Assembly: GCF_009914755.1 (NCBI RefSeq)
Contig: NC_060948.1
Direction: 5' to 3' (one strand)
Source: the human T2T-CHM13v2.0 reference genome, Homo sapiens
Length of the DNA: 64,000 nt
A program made the translations under genes and the position numbers. The notes under the pieces are model-generated. The model was not told where the DNA came from, did no database searches, and saw only the letters and a program-made list of their open reading frames with translations. Positions 29,601 to 44,100 of this stretch are shown here, piece by piece (the first letter of the stretch is position 1; every line of letters starts with the position of its first letter).

Positions 29601-32600
29601 TCCATGCCATTTGATTGCATTGCATTCCATTCCGTTTGATTCCAGTCCATTCAAGAAAGTTCCATTCCAGTCCATTGCTTTCCAGTCCATTCCATTCCAT
29701 TCTAGTCTATTCCACTCCATTCCTTTCCATTCCATTCCATACTATTCCATTCCATTCTTTTGCATTCCGTTTCCAATCTATTCGAGTCCATTGCATTCCA
29801 GTCCAGTCCATTCCATTACATTCCTTTTGATTCCCTGCCAGTCGATTGCATTGCATACTACACCATTCCAAAGGAGTCCATTCCATTCTATCTCAACACT
29901 TTCCATTCCACTCTGTTCGAGTCCATTCCATTCCAGTCCATTTAATTCAAGGGCATTCCATTCCATTCCATTCCATTCCATTCCATTCCATTCCATTTCA
30001 TATTATTCCATTCCATTCAATTCCATTCCAGATGATTCCATTCCATTCTATACCATTGCTCTCTGTTCCCTTCCATTCCATCTGTCTCCATTCCTTTCGT
30101 TTCGATTCCTTTCCATTCCATTCCATTACATTTGATCCTATTTTATTAAATTGCATTCTATTCGAGTGATTTCCATTCGAGTCCTTTCCATTCGATTCCA
30201 TTCCATTCTATTCCATTCCTTTGGATTCCATTCCATTCCCTTCCGTTCACATCAATTCCTTGCGATTCCATTACATTCGATTTCTTGCCATTCGATTCCA
30301 TTCCTTTTGACTCCATTTCATTCGATTCCATTCCATTCCATTAATTTCCATTCCATTCGAGACCATTCCATTGCAGTCTTTTCCCTTCGAGTCCATTCCG
30401 TTCGATTCCCTTCCATTCGATTCCATTCCATTGGAGTCCGTACCAGTCGAGTCCATTCTATTCCAGTCCATTAGTTTCGACTCCATTACATTCGAGTGCA
30501 TTCCATTCCGTGGCTGTCCATTCCATTCCGTTTGATGCCATTCCATACGATTCCATTCAATTCGAGACCATTCTATTCCTGTCCATTCCTTGTGCTTCGA
30601 TTCCATTTCACTCTAGTCCATTCCATTCCATTCAATTCCATTCGACTCTATTCCGTTCCATTCAATTCCATTCCATTCGATTCCATTTTTTTCGAGAACC
30701 TTCCATTACACTCCCTTCCATTCCAGTGCATTCCATTCCAGTCTCTTCAGTTCGATTCCATTCCATTCGTTTCGATTCCTTTCCATTCCAGCCCATTCCA
30801 TTCCATTCCATTCCTTTCCTTTCCGTTTCATTAGATTCCATTGCATTCCATTCCATTCAATTCAATTCCGTGCTATTCAATTTGATTCATATCCATTTAA
30901 TTCCATTCCATTAGATTCCATTCCGTACGATTCCATTCCTTTGGAATCCATTCCATTGGAGTCCATTCACTTCCAGAACATTCCATTCCAGTCGAATCCA
31001 TTCGAGTACATTCCATTAAAGTTCATTACATTCTAATACATTCCATTCCATTGCATTCCATTCCATTCCATTCGATGCCATTCGATTCCATTCCATGCCA
31101 AATCATTGCATTCCTTTCCATTCCGTTCCTATCAATTCCATTCCATTCGATTTAGTTCGATTCTATTCACTTCCATTCCATTCGATTCCATTCCATTGGA
31201 GTCAATTCCTTTCGACACCCAGCCTTTCCAGTCAATGATTTTGGAGTCCATTTTTTTGCATTCCATTACATTCTATGACATTCGATTCCGTTTCATTGCA
31301 TTCCATTCCATACATTTTTATTCCATTCGAGACCGTAGCATTCCACTTTATTCCAGACCTGTCCATTACACTACATTCCCTTCCATTCCAATGAATTCCA
31401 TTCCATTCCAATCCATTCCTTTCCTTTCGCTTGCATTCCATTCTATTCCCTTCTACTGCATACAATTTCACTCCATTCGTTCCCATTCCATTCAATTCCA
31501 TTCCATTCAATTCCATTCCATTTGTTTCCATTCTCTTCGATTCCATTTCTTTATATTCCATGCCATTCGATTCCATTCTATTGGATTGCATGACTTTCGT
31601 GTTCATTCCATTCCAGACCATTCCATTTGACTCCATTCCTTTCGAGCCCTTTCAATTTGAGTCCATTCCTTTCCAGTCCATTTCACTCCAGTCCATTACT
31701 ATCCATTCCATACCATTCCATCCCATTCCATTAAATTCCATTCCATTCCATTCCATTCCATTCCATTGCATTCCATTCCATTCCATTCCATTGCACTGCA
31801 CTCCATTCCATTACATTCTACTCTATTTGAGTCGATTTTATTGCATTAGATTCTATTCCATTGGATTACTTTCCATTCGATTACATTCCATTAATGTACA
31901 TTCCATTCCAGTCAATTACATTCGAGTTCATTAGATTACATTCCAGTATATTCCATTCTATTTGATCCCATTCCTTTCAATTCCATTTCATTCGACTCCA
32001 TTATATTCGATTCCATTCCACTCGAATCCATTCCATTAGAGGACATTCCATTCCAATGCATTCCATTCCATTCCATAGCATTCCATTGCATTCGATTCCA
32101 TTCCATTTGATGCCATTCCATTTGATGCCATTCCATGACATTCCATTCCATTCGAGTCCATTCCGTTCCAATTCATTCCATTCCGTTTCATGAAATTCGA
32201 GTCCTTTCCAGTACATTTCATTCCAATCCCATCCAATCCAATCTACTCCATTCAATTCCTTTCCATTCCATTTGATTAGATTCCATTGATTTGATTCCAT
32301 TCAGTTTGATTCCATTCCGTGAAATTTCGTTCCATTCTATTCCATTGCATTACTTTCCATTCAATTCCATTCCATTTCATTTCAGTCCATTCGATTCCTT
32401 TCCTTTCGATTCAATTCCATTTGATTCCACTCCATTCTATGCGATTTCATTCCAATCGATTCAATTCCATTCGATGACATTCCTTTCGTTTCCATTCCAT
32501 TCGAGTCCATTCAATTTGAGTATTCGTGTCCATTCAATTCGAGTCCATTCCATTACCGTCTATTCTATTCCCTTCCATTCCTGTTGATTCAATTTCATTC

Positions 32601-35100
32601 CCTTCCATTCGATTCCTTTCCATTCAATTCCATTCCTTTCCATTCCATTCCATTCCTTCCCATTCCATGTGATTTCATTCCATTCCAGTCCATTATATTC
32701 GAGTCCACTCCACTCCATTCTATTACATTCAATTCCTTTTGAGTCCGTTCCATAACACTCCATTCATTTCGATTCCATTTCTTGCCAGTTTTCTTCCATT
32801 TTATTCCATTCCGTTCGATTCCCTTCCATTCGATTGCATTCCATTCGAATCCTTTCCATTCCATTTCATTCCATTCCTTTCTATTCCATTCCATTTCATT
32901 CGATTTGATTCCATTCTGTTCTATTCCATTCAATTCTTTTTCATTCCATTCGAATCCTTTCTATTGCAGTCCATTCCATTCGAGTCCATTCCAATCCCTT
33001 CCATTCCATTCCATTACAGTCCATTCCAATAGATTCCATTCCTTTGCCTTCCATTCGAATCCATTCCATTCTAGTCCATTCCATTTGAGTCAATTCCATT
33101 CCATTCCATTCTATTCCTTTCCAATCCATTCGATTCCATTCGATTCAATTCCATTTGATTCTCTTTCATTCTATTTTATTCCATGCCATTTGATTGCATT
33201 GCATTCCATTCCGTTTGATTCCAGTCCATTCAAGAAAGTTCCATTCCAGTCCATTGCTTTCCAGTCCATTCCATTCCACTCTAGTCTATTCCACTCCATT
33301 CCTTTCCATTCCATTCCATACTATTCTATTCCATTCCTTTGCATTCCGTTTGCAATCTATTCGAGTCCATTGCATCCAGTCCAATCCATTCGATTACATT
33401 CCTTTTGATTCCCTGCCAGTCGATTGCATTGCATACTAGACCATTCCAAACGAGTCCATTCCATTCTATCTCAAAACTTTCCATTCCACTCTGTTCGAGT
33501 CCATTCCATTCCAGTCCATTTAATTCAAGGGCATTCCATTCCATTCCATTCCATTCCATTTCATATTATTCCATTCCATTCAATTCCATTCCAGATGATT
33601 CCATTCCATTCTATACCATTGCTCTCTGTTCCATTCCATTCCATCTGTCTCCATTCCTTTCGTTTCGATTCCTTTCCATTCCATTCCATTACATTTGATC
33701 CTATTTTATTAAATTGCATTCTATTCGAGTGATTTCCATTCGAGTCCTTTCCATTCGATTCCATTCCATTCTATTCCATTCCTTTGGATTCCATTCCATT
33801 CCGTTCCGTTCACATCAATTCCTTGCGATTCCATTACATTCGATTTCTTGCCATTCGATTCCATTCCTTTTGACTCCATTTCATTCGATTCCATTCCATT
33901 CCATTAATTTCCATTCCATTCGAGACCTTTCCATTGCAGTCTTTTCCCTTCGAGTCCATTCCGTTCGATTCCCTTCCATTCGATTCCATTCCATTGGAGT
34001 CCGTACCAGTCGAGTCCATTCTATTCCAGTCCATTAGTTTCGACTCCATTGCATTCGAGTGCATTCCATTCCGTGGCTGTCCATTCCATTCCGTTTGATG
34101 CCATTCCATACGATTCCATTCAATTCGAGACCATTCTATTCCTGTCCATTCCTTGTGGTTCGATTCCATTTCACTCTAGTCCATTCCATTCCATTCAATT
34201 CCATTCGACTCTATTCCGTTCCATTCAATTCCATTCCATTCGATTCCATTTTTGTCGAGAACCTTCCATTACACTCCCTTCCATTCCAGTGCATTCCATT
34301 CCAGTCTCTTCAGTTCGATTCCATTCCATTCGTTTCGATTCCTTTCCATTCCAGCCCATTCCATTCCATTCCTTTCCTTTCCGTTTCATTAGATTCCATT
34401 GCATTCGATTCCATTCAATTCAATTCCATGCTATTCAATTTGATTCATTTCCATTTAATTCCATTCCATTAGATTCCATTCCGTACGATTCCATTCCTTT
34501 TGAATCCATTCCATTGGAGTCCATTCACTTCCAGAACATTCCATTCCAGTCGAATCCATTCGAGTACATTCCATTAAAGTTCATTAGATTCTAATACGTT
34601 CCATTCCATTGCATTCCATTCCATTCCATTCGATGCCATTCGATTCCATTCCGTGCCAAATCATTGCATTCCTTTCCATTCCGTTCCTATCAATTCCATT
34701 CCATTCGATTTAGTTCGATTCTATTCACTTCCACTCCATTCGATTCCATTCCATTGGAGTCAATTCCTTTCGACACCCAGCCTTTCCAGTCAATGATTTT
34801 GGATTCCATTTTTTTGCATTCCATTACATTCTATGACATTCGATTCCGTTTCATTGCATTCCATTCCATACATTTTTATTCCATTCGAGACCGTAGCATT
34901 CCACTTTATTCCAGGCCTGTCCATTACACTACATTCCCTTCCATTCCAATGAATTCCATTCCATTCCAATCCATTCCTTTCCTTTCGCTTGCATTCCATT
35001 CTATTCCCTTCTACTGCATACAATTTCACTCCATTCGTTCCCATTCCATTCAATTCCATTCCATTCAATTCCATTCCATTTGTTTCCATTCTCTTCGATT
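20700..35100 (+). repeat. Nested tandem duplication of a two-monomer (7,138-bp) segment; boundaries approximate
   Basis: ORF offsets of 7138 (20714/27852, 22065/29203, 25153/32291), then 7137 after a 1-bp deletion near 33375 (26912/34049, 27527/34664); shared private variants. Confidence 0.88.
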
Positions 35101-38100
35101 CCATTTCTTTATATTCCATGCCATTCGATTCCATTCTATTGGAATGCGTTACATTCGTGTTCATTCCATTCCAGACCATTCCATTTGACTCCATTCCTTT
35201 CGAGCCCTTTCAATTTGAGTCCATTCCTTTCCAGTCCATTTCACTCCAGTCCATTACTATCCATTGCATACCATTCCATCCCATTCCATTCCATTCCATT
35301 CCATTCCATTCCATTCCATTCCATTGCACTGCACTCCATTCCATTACATTCTACTCTATCTGAGTCGGTTTTATTGCATTAGATTCTATTCCATTGGATT
35401 ACTTTCCATTCGATTACATTCCATTCATGTACATTCCATTCCAGTCAATTACATTCGAGTTCATTACATTACATTCCAGTATATTCCATTCTATTCGATC
35501 CCATTCCTTTCAATTCCATTTCATTCGACTCCATTATATTCGATTCCATTCCACTCAAATCCATTCCATTAGAGGACATTCCATTCCAATGCATTCCATT
35601 CCATTCCATAACATTCCATTGCATTCGATTCCATTCCATTTGATGCCATTCCATGACATTCCATTCCATTCGAGTCCATTCCGTTCCAATTCATTCCATT
35701 CCATTTCATGAAATTCGAGTCCTTTCCAGTACATTTCATTCCAATCCCATCCAATCCAATCTACTCCATTCAATTCCTTTCCATTCCATTTGATTAGATT
35801 CCATTGATTTGATTCCATTCAGTTTGATTCCATTCCGTGAAATTTCGTTCCATTCTATTCCATTGCATTACTTTCCATTCAATTCCATTCCATTTCATTT
35901 CAGTCCATTCGCTTCCTTTCCTTTCGATTCAATTCCATTTGATTCCACTCCATTCTATGCGATTTCATTCCAATCGATTCAATTCCATTCGATGACATTC
36001 CTTTCGTTTCCATTCCATTCGAGTCCATTCAATTTGAGCATTCGTGTCCATTCTATTCGAGTCCATTCCATTTCCGTCTATTCTATTCCCTTCCATTCCT
36101 GTTGATTCAATTTCGTTCCCTTCCATTCGATTCCTTTCCATTCGATTCCATTCCTTTCCATTCCATTCCATTCGTTCCCATTCCATGTGATTTCATTCCA
36201 TTCCAGTCCATTATATTCGAGTCCACTCCACTCCATTCTATTACATTCAATTCCTTTTGAGTCCGTTCCATAACACTCCATTCATTTCGATTCCATTTCT
36301 TGCCAGTTTTCTTCCATTTTATTCCATTCCGTTCGATTCCATTCCATTCGATTGCATTCCATTCGAATCCTTTCCATTCCATTTCATTCCATTCCTTTCT
36401 ATTCCATTCCATTTCATTCGATTTGATTCCATTCTGTTCTATTCCATTCAATTCTTTTTCATTCCATTCGAATCCTTTCTATTGCAGTCCATTCCATTCG
36501 AGTCCATTCCAATCCCTTCCATTCCATTCCATTACAGTCCATTCCAATAGATTCCATTCCTTTGCCTTCCATTCGAATCCATTCCATTCTAGTCCATTCC
36601 ATTTGAGTCAATTCCATTCCATTCCATTCTATTCCTTTCCAATCCATTAGATTCCATTCGATTCAATTCCATTTGATTCTCTTTCATTCTATTTTATTCC
36701 ATGCCATTTGATTGCATTGCATTCCATTCCGTTTGATTCCAGTCCATTCAAGAAAGTTCCATTCCATTCCATTGCTTTCCAGTCCATTCCATTCCATTCT
36801 AGTCTATTCCACTCCATTCCTTTCCATTCCATTCCATACTATTCCATTCCATTCTTTTGCATTCCGTTTCCAATCTATTCGAGTCCATTGCATTCCAGTC
36901 CAGTCCATTCCATTACATTCCTTTTGATTCCCTGCCAGTCGATTGCATTGCATACTACACCATTCCAAACGAGTCCATTCCATTCTATCTCAACACTTTC
37001 CATTCCACTCTGTTCGAGTCCATTCCATTCCAGTCCATTTAATTCAAGGGCATTCCATTCCATTCCATTCCATTCCATTTCATATTATTCCATTCCATTC
37101 AATTCCATTCCAGATGATTCCATTCCATTCTATACCATTGCTCTCTGTTCCCTTCCATTCCATCTGTCTCCATTCCTTTCGTTTCGATTCCTTTCCATTC
37201 CATTCCATTACATTTGATCCTATTTTATTAAATTGCATTCTATTCGAGTGATTTCCATTCGAGTCCTTTCCATTCGATTCCGTTCCATTCTATTCCATTC
37301 CTTTGGATTCCATTCCATTCCGTTCCGTTCACATCAATTCCTTGCGATTCCATTCCATTCGATTTCTTGCCATTCGATTCCATTCCTTTTGACTCCATTT
37401 CATTCGATTCCATTCCATTCCATTAATTTCCATTCCATTCGAGACCATTCCATTGCAGTCTTTTCCCTTCGAGTCCATTCCGTTCGATTCCCTTCCATTC
37501 GATTCCATTCCATTGGAGTCCGTACCAGTCGAGTCCATTCTATTCCAGTCCATTAGTTTCGACTCCATTACATTCGAGTGCATTCCATTCCGTGGCTGTC
37601 CATTCCATTCCGTTTGATGCCATTCCATACGATTCCATTCAATTCGAGACCATTCTATTCCTGTCCATTCCTTGTGCTTCGATTCCAATTCACTCTAGTC
37701 CATTCCATTCCATTCAATTCCATTCGACTCTATTCCGTTCCATTCAATTCCATTCCATTCGATTCCATTTTTTTCGAGAACCTTCCATTACACTCCCTTC
37801 CATTCCAGTGCATTCCATTCCAGTCTCTTCAGTTCGATTCCATTCCATTCGTTTCGATTCCTTTCCATTCCAGCCCATTCCATTCCATTCCATTCCTTTC
37901 CTTTCCGTTTCATTAGATTCCATTGCATTCCATTCCATTCAATTCAATTCCGTGCTATTCAATTTGATTCATATCCATTTAATTCCATTCCATTAGATTC
38001 CATTCCGTACGATTCCATTCCTTTGGAATCCATTCCAATGGAGTCCATTCACTTCCAGAACATTCCATTCCAGTCGAATCCATTCGAGTACATTCCATTA

Positions 38101-38439
38101 AAGTTCATTACATTCTAATACATTCCATTCCATTGCATTCCATTCCATTCCATTCGATGCCATTCGATTCCATTCCATGCCAAATCATTGCATTCCTTTC
38201 CATTCCGTTCCTATCAATTCCATTCCATTCGATTTAGTTCGATTCTATTCACTTCCATTCCATTCGATTCCATTCCATTGGAGTCAATTCCTTTCGACAC
38301 CCAGCCTTTCCAGTCAATGATTTTGGATTCCATTTTTTTGCATTCCATTACATTCTATGACATTCGATTCCGTTTCATTGCATTCCATTCCATACATTTT
38401 TATTCCATTCGAGACCGTAGCATTCCACTTTATTCCAGA

Positions 38440-41112
38440 CCTGTCCATTACACTACATTCCCTTCCATTCCAATGAATTCCATTCCATTCCAATCCATTC
38501 CTTTCCTTTCGCTTGCATTCCATTCTATTCCCTTCTACTGCATACAATTTCACTCCATTCGTTCCCATTCCATTCAATTCCATTCCATTCAATTCCATTC
38601 CATTTGTTTCCATTCTCTTCGATTCCATTTCTTTATATTCCATGCCATTCGATTCCATTCTATTGAATTGCATTACTTTCGTGTTCATTCCATTCCAGAC
38701 CATTCCATTTGACTCCATTCTTTCGAGCCCTTTCAATTTGAGTCCATTCCTTTCCAGTCCATTTCACTCCAGTCCATTACTATCCATTCCATACCATTCC
38801 ATCCCATTCCATTAAATTCCATTCCATTCCATTCCATTCCATTGCATTCCATTCCATTCCATTCCATTGCACTGCACTCCATTCCATTACATTCTACTCT
38901 ATTTGAGTCGATTTTATTGCATTAGATTCTATTCCATTGGATTACTTTCCACTCGATTACATTCCATTCATGTACATTCCATTCCAGTCAATTACATTCG
39001 ACTTTGTTACATTGCACTCCAGTATATTCCATTCTATTCGATCCCATTCCTTTCCATTCCATTTCATTCCATTCCTTCTTATTCCATTCCGTTTCATTCG
39101 ATTTGATTCCATTCTGTTCTATTCCATTCAATTCTTTTTCATTCCATTCGAATCTTTCTATTGCAGTACATTCAATTCGAGTCCATTCCAATCCCTTCCA
39201 TTCCATTCCATTACAGTCCATTCCAATAGATTCTATTCTTTTGCCTTCCATTCGAATCCATTCCATTCTAGTCCATTCCATTTGAGTCAATTCCATTCCA
39301 TTCCATTCTATTCCTTTCCAATCCATTCGATTCCATTCGATTCAATTCCATTTGATTCTCTTTCATTCTATTTTATTCCATGCCATTTGATTGCATTGCA
39401 TTCCATTCCGTTTGATTCCAGTCCATTCAAGAAAGTTCCATTCCAGTCCATTGCTTTCGTGTCCATTCCATTCCACTCTAGTCTATTCCACTGCATTCCT
39501 TTCCATTCCATTCCATACTATTCCATTCCATTCCTTTGCATTCCGTTTGCAATCTATTCGAGTCCATTGCATTCCAGTCCAATCCATTCGATTACATTCC
39601 TTTTGATTCCCTGCCAGTCGATGCATTGCATATTAGACCATTCCAAAGGAGTCCATTCCATTCTATTTCAACACTTTCCATTCCAGTCTGTTCGAGTCCA
39701 TTCCATTCCAGTCCATTTAATTCAAGGGCATTCCATTCCATTCCATTCCATATCATATTATTCCATTCCATTCAATTCCATTCCAGATGATTCCATTCCA
39801 TTCTATACCATTGCTCTCTGTTCCATTCCATTCCATCTGTCTCCATTCCTTTCGTTTCGATTCCTTTCCATTCCATTCCATTACATTTCATCCTATTTTA
39901 TTAAATTGCATTCTATTCGAGTGATTTCCATTCGAGTCCTTTCCATTCGATTCAATTCCATTCTATACCATTCCTTTGGATTCCATTCCATTCCGTTCCG
40001 TTCACATCCATTCCTTGCGATTCCATTACATTCGATTTCTTGCCATTCGATTCCATTCCTTTTGACTCCATTTCATTCGATTCCATTCCATTCCATTAAT
40101 TTCCATTCCATTCGAAACCTTTCCATTGCAGTCTTTTCACTTCGAGTCCATTCCGTTCGATTCCATTTCATTCGATTCCATTCCTTTGGAGTGCGTACCA
40201 GTCGAGTCCATTCTATTCCACTCCATTAGTTTCGACTCCATTGCATTCGAGTGCATTCAATTCCTTGGCTGTCCATTCCATTCCGTTTGATGCCATTCCA
40301 TAGGATTCCATTCAATTCGAGACCATTCTATTCCTGTCCATTCCTTGTGATTCGATTCCATTTCACTCTAGTCCATTCTATTCCATTCAATTCCATTCGA
40401 CTCTATTCCGTTCCATTCAATTAAATTCCATTCGATTCCATTTGTTTCGAGAACCTTCCATTACACTCCCTTCCATTCCAGTGCATTCCATTCCAGTCTC
40501 TTCAGTTCGATTCCATTCCATTCGTTTCGATTCCTTTCCATTCCAGCCCATTCCATTCCATTCCATTCCTTTCCTTTCCGTTTCATTAGATTCCATTGCG
40601 TTCGATTCCATTCAATTCAATTCCGTGCTATTCAGTTTGATTCCTTTCCATTTAATTCCATTCCATTAGATAACATTCCGTTCGATTCCATTCCTTTCGA
40701 ATCCATTCCATTGGAGTCCATTCACTTCCAGAACATTCCATTCCAGTCGAATCCATTCGAGTACATTCCATTAAAGTTCATTACATTCTAATACATTCCA
40801 TTCCATTGCATTCCATTCCATTCCATTCGATGCCATTCGATTCCATTCCATGCCAAATCATTCCATTCCTTTCCATTCCGTTCCGGTCAATTGCATTCCA
40901 TTCAATTTAGTTCGATTCTATTCACTTCCATTCCATTCGATTCCATTCCATTGGAGTCAATTCCTTTCGACACACAGTCTTTCCAGTCAATGACTTTGGA
41001 GTCCATTTTTTTGCATTCCATTACATTCTATGACATTCGATTCCGTTTCATTGCATTCCATTCCATACATTTTTATTCCATTCGAGACCGTAGCATTCCA
41101 GTTTATTCCAGG
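38440..41112 (+). repeat. Truncated monomer (2,673 bp) carrying an 878-bp internal deletion with its junction at ~39048-39054
   Basis: The sequence jumps from ...ctattcgatcccattcctttc directly to cattccatttcattccattcc...gatttgattccattctgttct. The landmarks ttagaggac, catgaaattc, gagcattcgtg and tgccagtttt are missing. Confidence 0.92.
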
Positions 41113-44100
41113 CCTGTCCATTACACTACATTCCCTTCCATTCCAATGAATTCCATTCCATTCTAATCCATTCCTTTCCTTTCGCTTGCATTCCATTCTA
41201 TTCTCTTCTATTCCATACAATTTCACTCCATTCGTTCCCATTCCATTCAATTCCATTCCATTCAATTCCATTCCATTTCTTTCCATTCTCTTCGATTCCA
41301 TTTCTTTATATTCCATGCCATTCGATTCCATTCCATTGGATTGCATTACATTCGAGTTCATTCCATTCCAGACCATTCCATTTGACTCCATTCCTTTCGA
41401 GCCCTTTCAATTTGAGTCCATTGCTTTCCAGTCCATTTCACTCCAGTCCATTCCTATCCATTCCATACCATTCCATCCCATTCCATTCCATTCCATTCCA
41501 CTCCATTGCATTCCATTCCATTCCATTCCATTGCACTGCATTCCATTCCATTACATTCTATTCCATTTGAGTCGATTTTATTGCATTAGATTCTATTCCA
41601 TTGGATTACTTTCCATTCGATTACATTCCATTCATGTACATTCCATTCCAGTCAATTACATTCGACTTCATTACATTACATGCTAGTATATTCCATTCTA
41701 TTCGATCCCATTCCTTTCAATTCCATTTCATTCGACTCCATTATATTCAATTCCATTCCACTCGAATCCATTCCATTAGAGGACATTTCATTCCAATACA
41801 TTCCATTCCATTCCATAACATTCCATTGCATTCGATTCCATTCCATTTGATGCCATTCCATGACTTTCCATTCCATTCGAGTCCATTGCATTCCAATTCA
41901 TTCCATTCCGTTTCATAAAGTTCGAATCCTTTCCATTCCATTGCATTCCAATCCGTTCCAATCCAATCTATTCCATTCAATTCCTTTCCATTCCATTTGA
42001 TTATATTCCATTGATTTGATTCCATTCAGTTTGATTCCATTCCGTGAAATTTCGTTCCATTCTATTCCATTGCATTACTTTCCATTCAATTCCATTCCAT
42101 TTCATTTCAGTCCATTCGCTTCCTTTCCTTTCGATTCAATTCTATTTGATTCCACTCCATTCTATGACATTTCATTCCAATCGATACAATTCCATTCGAT
42201 GATATTCCTTTCGTTTCCATTCTATTCGAGTCCATTCAATTTGAGCATTCGTGTCCATTCTATTCGAGTCCATTCCATTACAGTCTATTCTATTCCCTTC
42301 CATTCCTGTTGATTCAATTTCATTCCCTTCCATTTGATTCCTTTGCATTCGATTCCATTCCGTTCCATTCCATTCCATTCGTTCCCATTCCATGTGATTC
42401 CATTCCATTCCAGTCCATTATATTCGAGTCCACTCCACTCCATTCTATTACATTCCATTCCTTTTGAGTCCGTTCCATAACACTCCATTCATTTCGATTC
42501 CATTTATTGCCAGTTTGCTTCCATCTTATTCCATTCCGTTCGTTTCCATTCCATTCGATTGCATTCCATTCGATTGCATTCCATTCGAATCCTTTCCATT
42601 CCATTTCATTCCATTCCTTTCTATTCCATTCCATTTCATTCGATTTGATTCCATTCTGTTCTATTCCATTCAATTATTTTTCATTCCATTCGAATCCTTT
42701 CTATTGCAGTCCATTCCATTCGAGTCCATTCCAATCCCTTCCATTCCATTCCATTACAGTCCATTCCAATAGATTCTATTCCTTTGCCTTCCATTCGACT
42801 CCCTTCTATTCTAGTCCATTCCATTTGTGTCAATTCCATTCCATTCCATTCTATTCCTTTCCAATCCATTCGATTCCATTCGACTCAATTCCATTCGATT
42901 CTCTTTCATTCTATTTTATTCCATGCCATTTGATTGCATTGCATTCCATTCCGTTTGATTCCAGTCCATTCAAGAAAGTTCCATTCCAGTCCATTGCTTT
43001 CGAGTCCATTCCATTCCACTCTAGTCTATTCCACTCCATTTCTTTCCATTCCATTCCATACTATTCCATTCCATTCCTTTGCATTCCGTTTCTAATCTAT
43101 TCGAGTCGATTGCATTCCAGTCCAATCCATTCGATTACATTCCTTTTGATTCCCTGCCAGTCGATTGCATTGCATATTAGACCATTCCAAAGGAGTCCAT
43201 TCCATTCTATTTCAACACTTTCCATTCCACTCTGTTCGAGTCCATTCCATTCCAGTCCATTTAATTCAAGGGCATTCCATTCCATTCCATTCCATATCAT
43301 ATTATTCCATTCCATTCAATTCCATTCCAGATGATTCCATTCCATTCTATACCATTGCTCTCTGTTCCATTCCATTCCATCTGTCTCCATTCCTTTCGTT
43401 TCGATTCCTTTCCATTCCATTCCATTACATTTGATCCTATTTTACTAAATTGCATTCTATTCGAGTGATTTCCATTCGAGTCCTTTCCATTCGATTCCAT
43501 TCCATTCTATACCATTCCTTTGGATTCCATTCCATTCCGTTCCGTTCACATCCATTCCTTGCGAATCCATTACATTCGATTTCTTGCCATTCGATTCCAT
43601 TCCTTTTGACTCCATTTCATTCGATTCCATTCCATTCCATTAATTTCCATTCCATTCGAAACCTTTCCATTGCAGTCTTTTCACTCCGAGTCCATTCCGT
43701 TCGATTCCATTCCATTCGATTCCATTCCATTGGAGTGCGTACCAGTCGAGTCCATTCTATTCCACTCCATTAGTTTCGACTCCATTGCATTCGAGTGCAT
43801 TCCATTCCTTGGCTGTCCATTCCATTCCGTTTGATGCCATTCCATACGATTCCATTCAATTCGAGACCATTCTATTCCTGTCCATTCCTTGTGATTCGAT
43901 TCCATTTCACTCTAATCCATTCCATTCCATTCAATTCCATTCGACTCTATTCCGTTCCATTCAATTAAATTCCATTCGATTCCATTTGTTTCGAGAACCT
44001 TCCATTACACTCCCTTCCATTCCAGTGCATTCCATTCCAGTCTCTTCAGTTCGATTCCATTCCATTCGTTTCGATTCCATTCCATTCCAGCCCATTCCAT

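Noticed and set aside
38937-40229. Longest ORF (430 aa)
   Set aside because: A chance fusion across the 878-bp deletion plus 1-bp deletions; same low-complexity translation, with no domain or gene structure.
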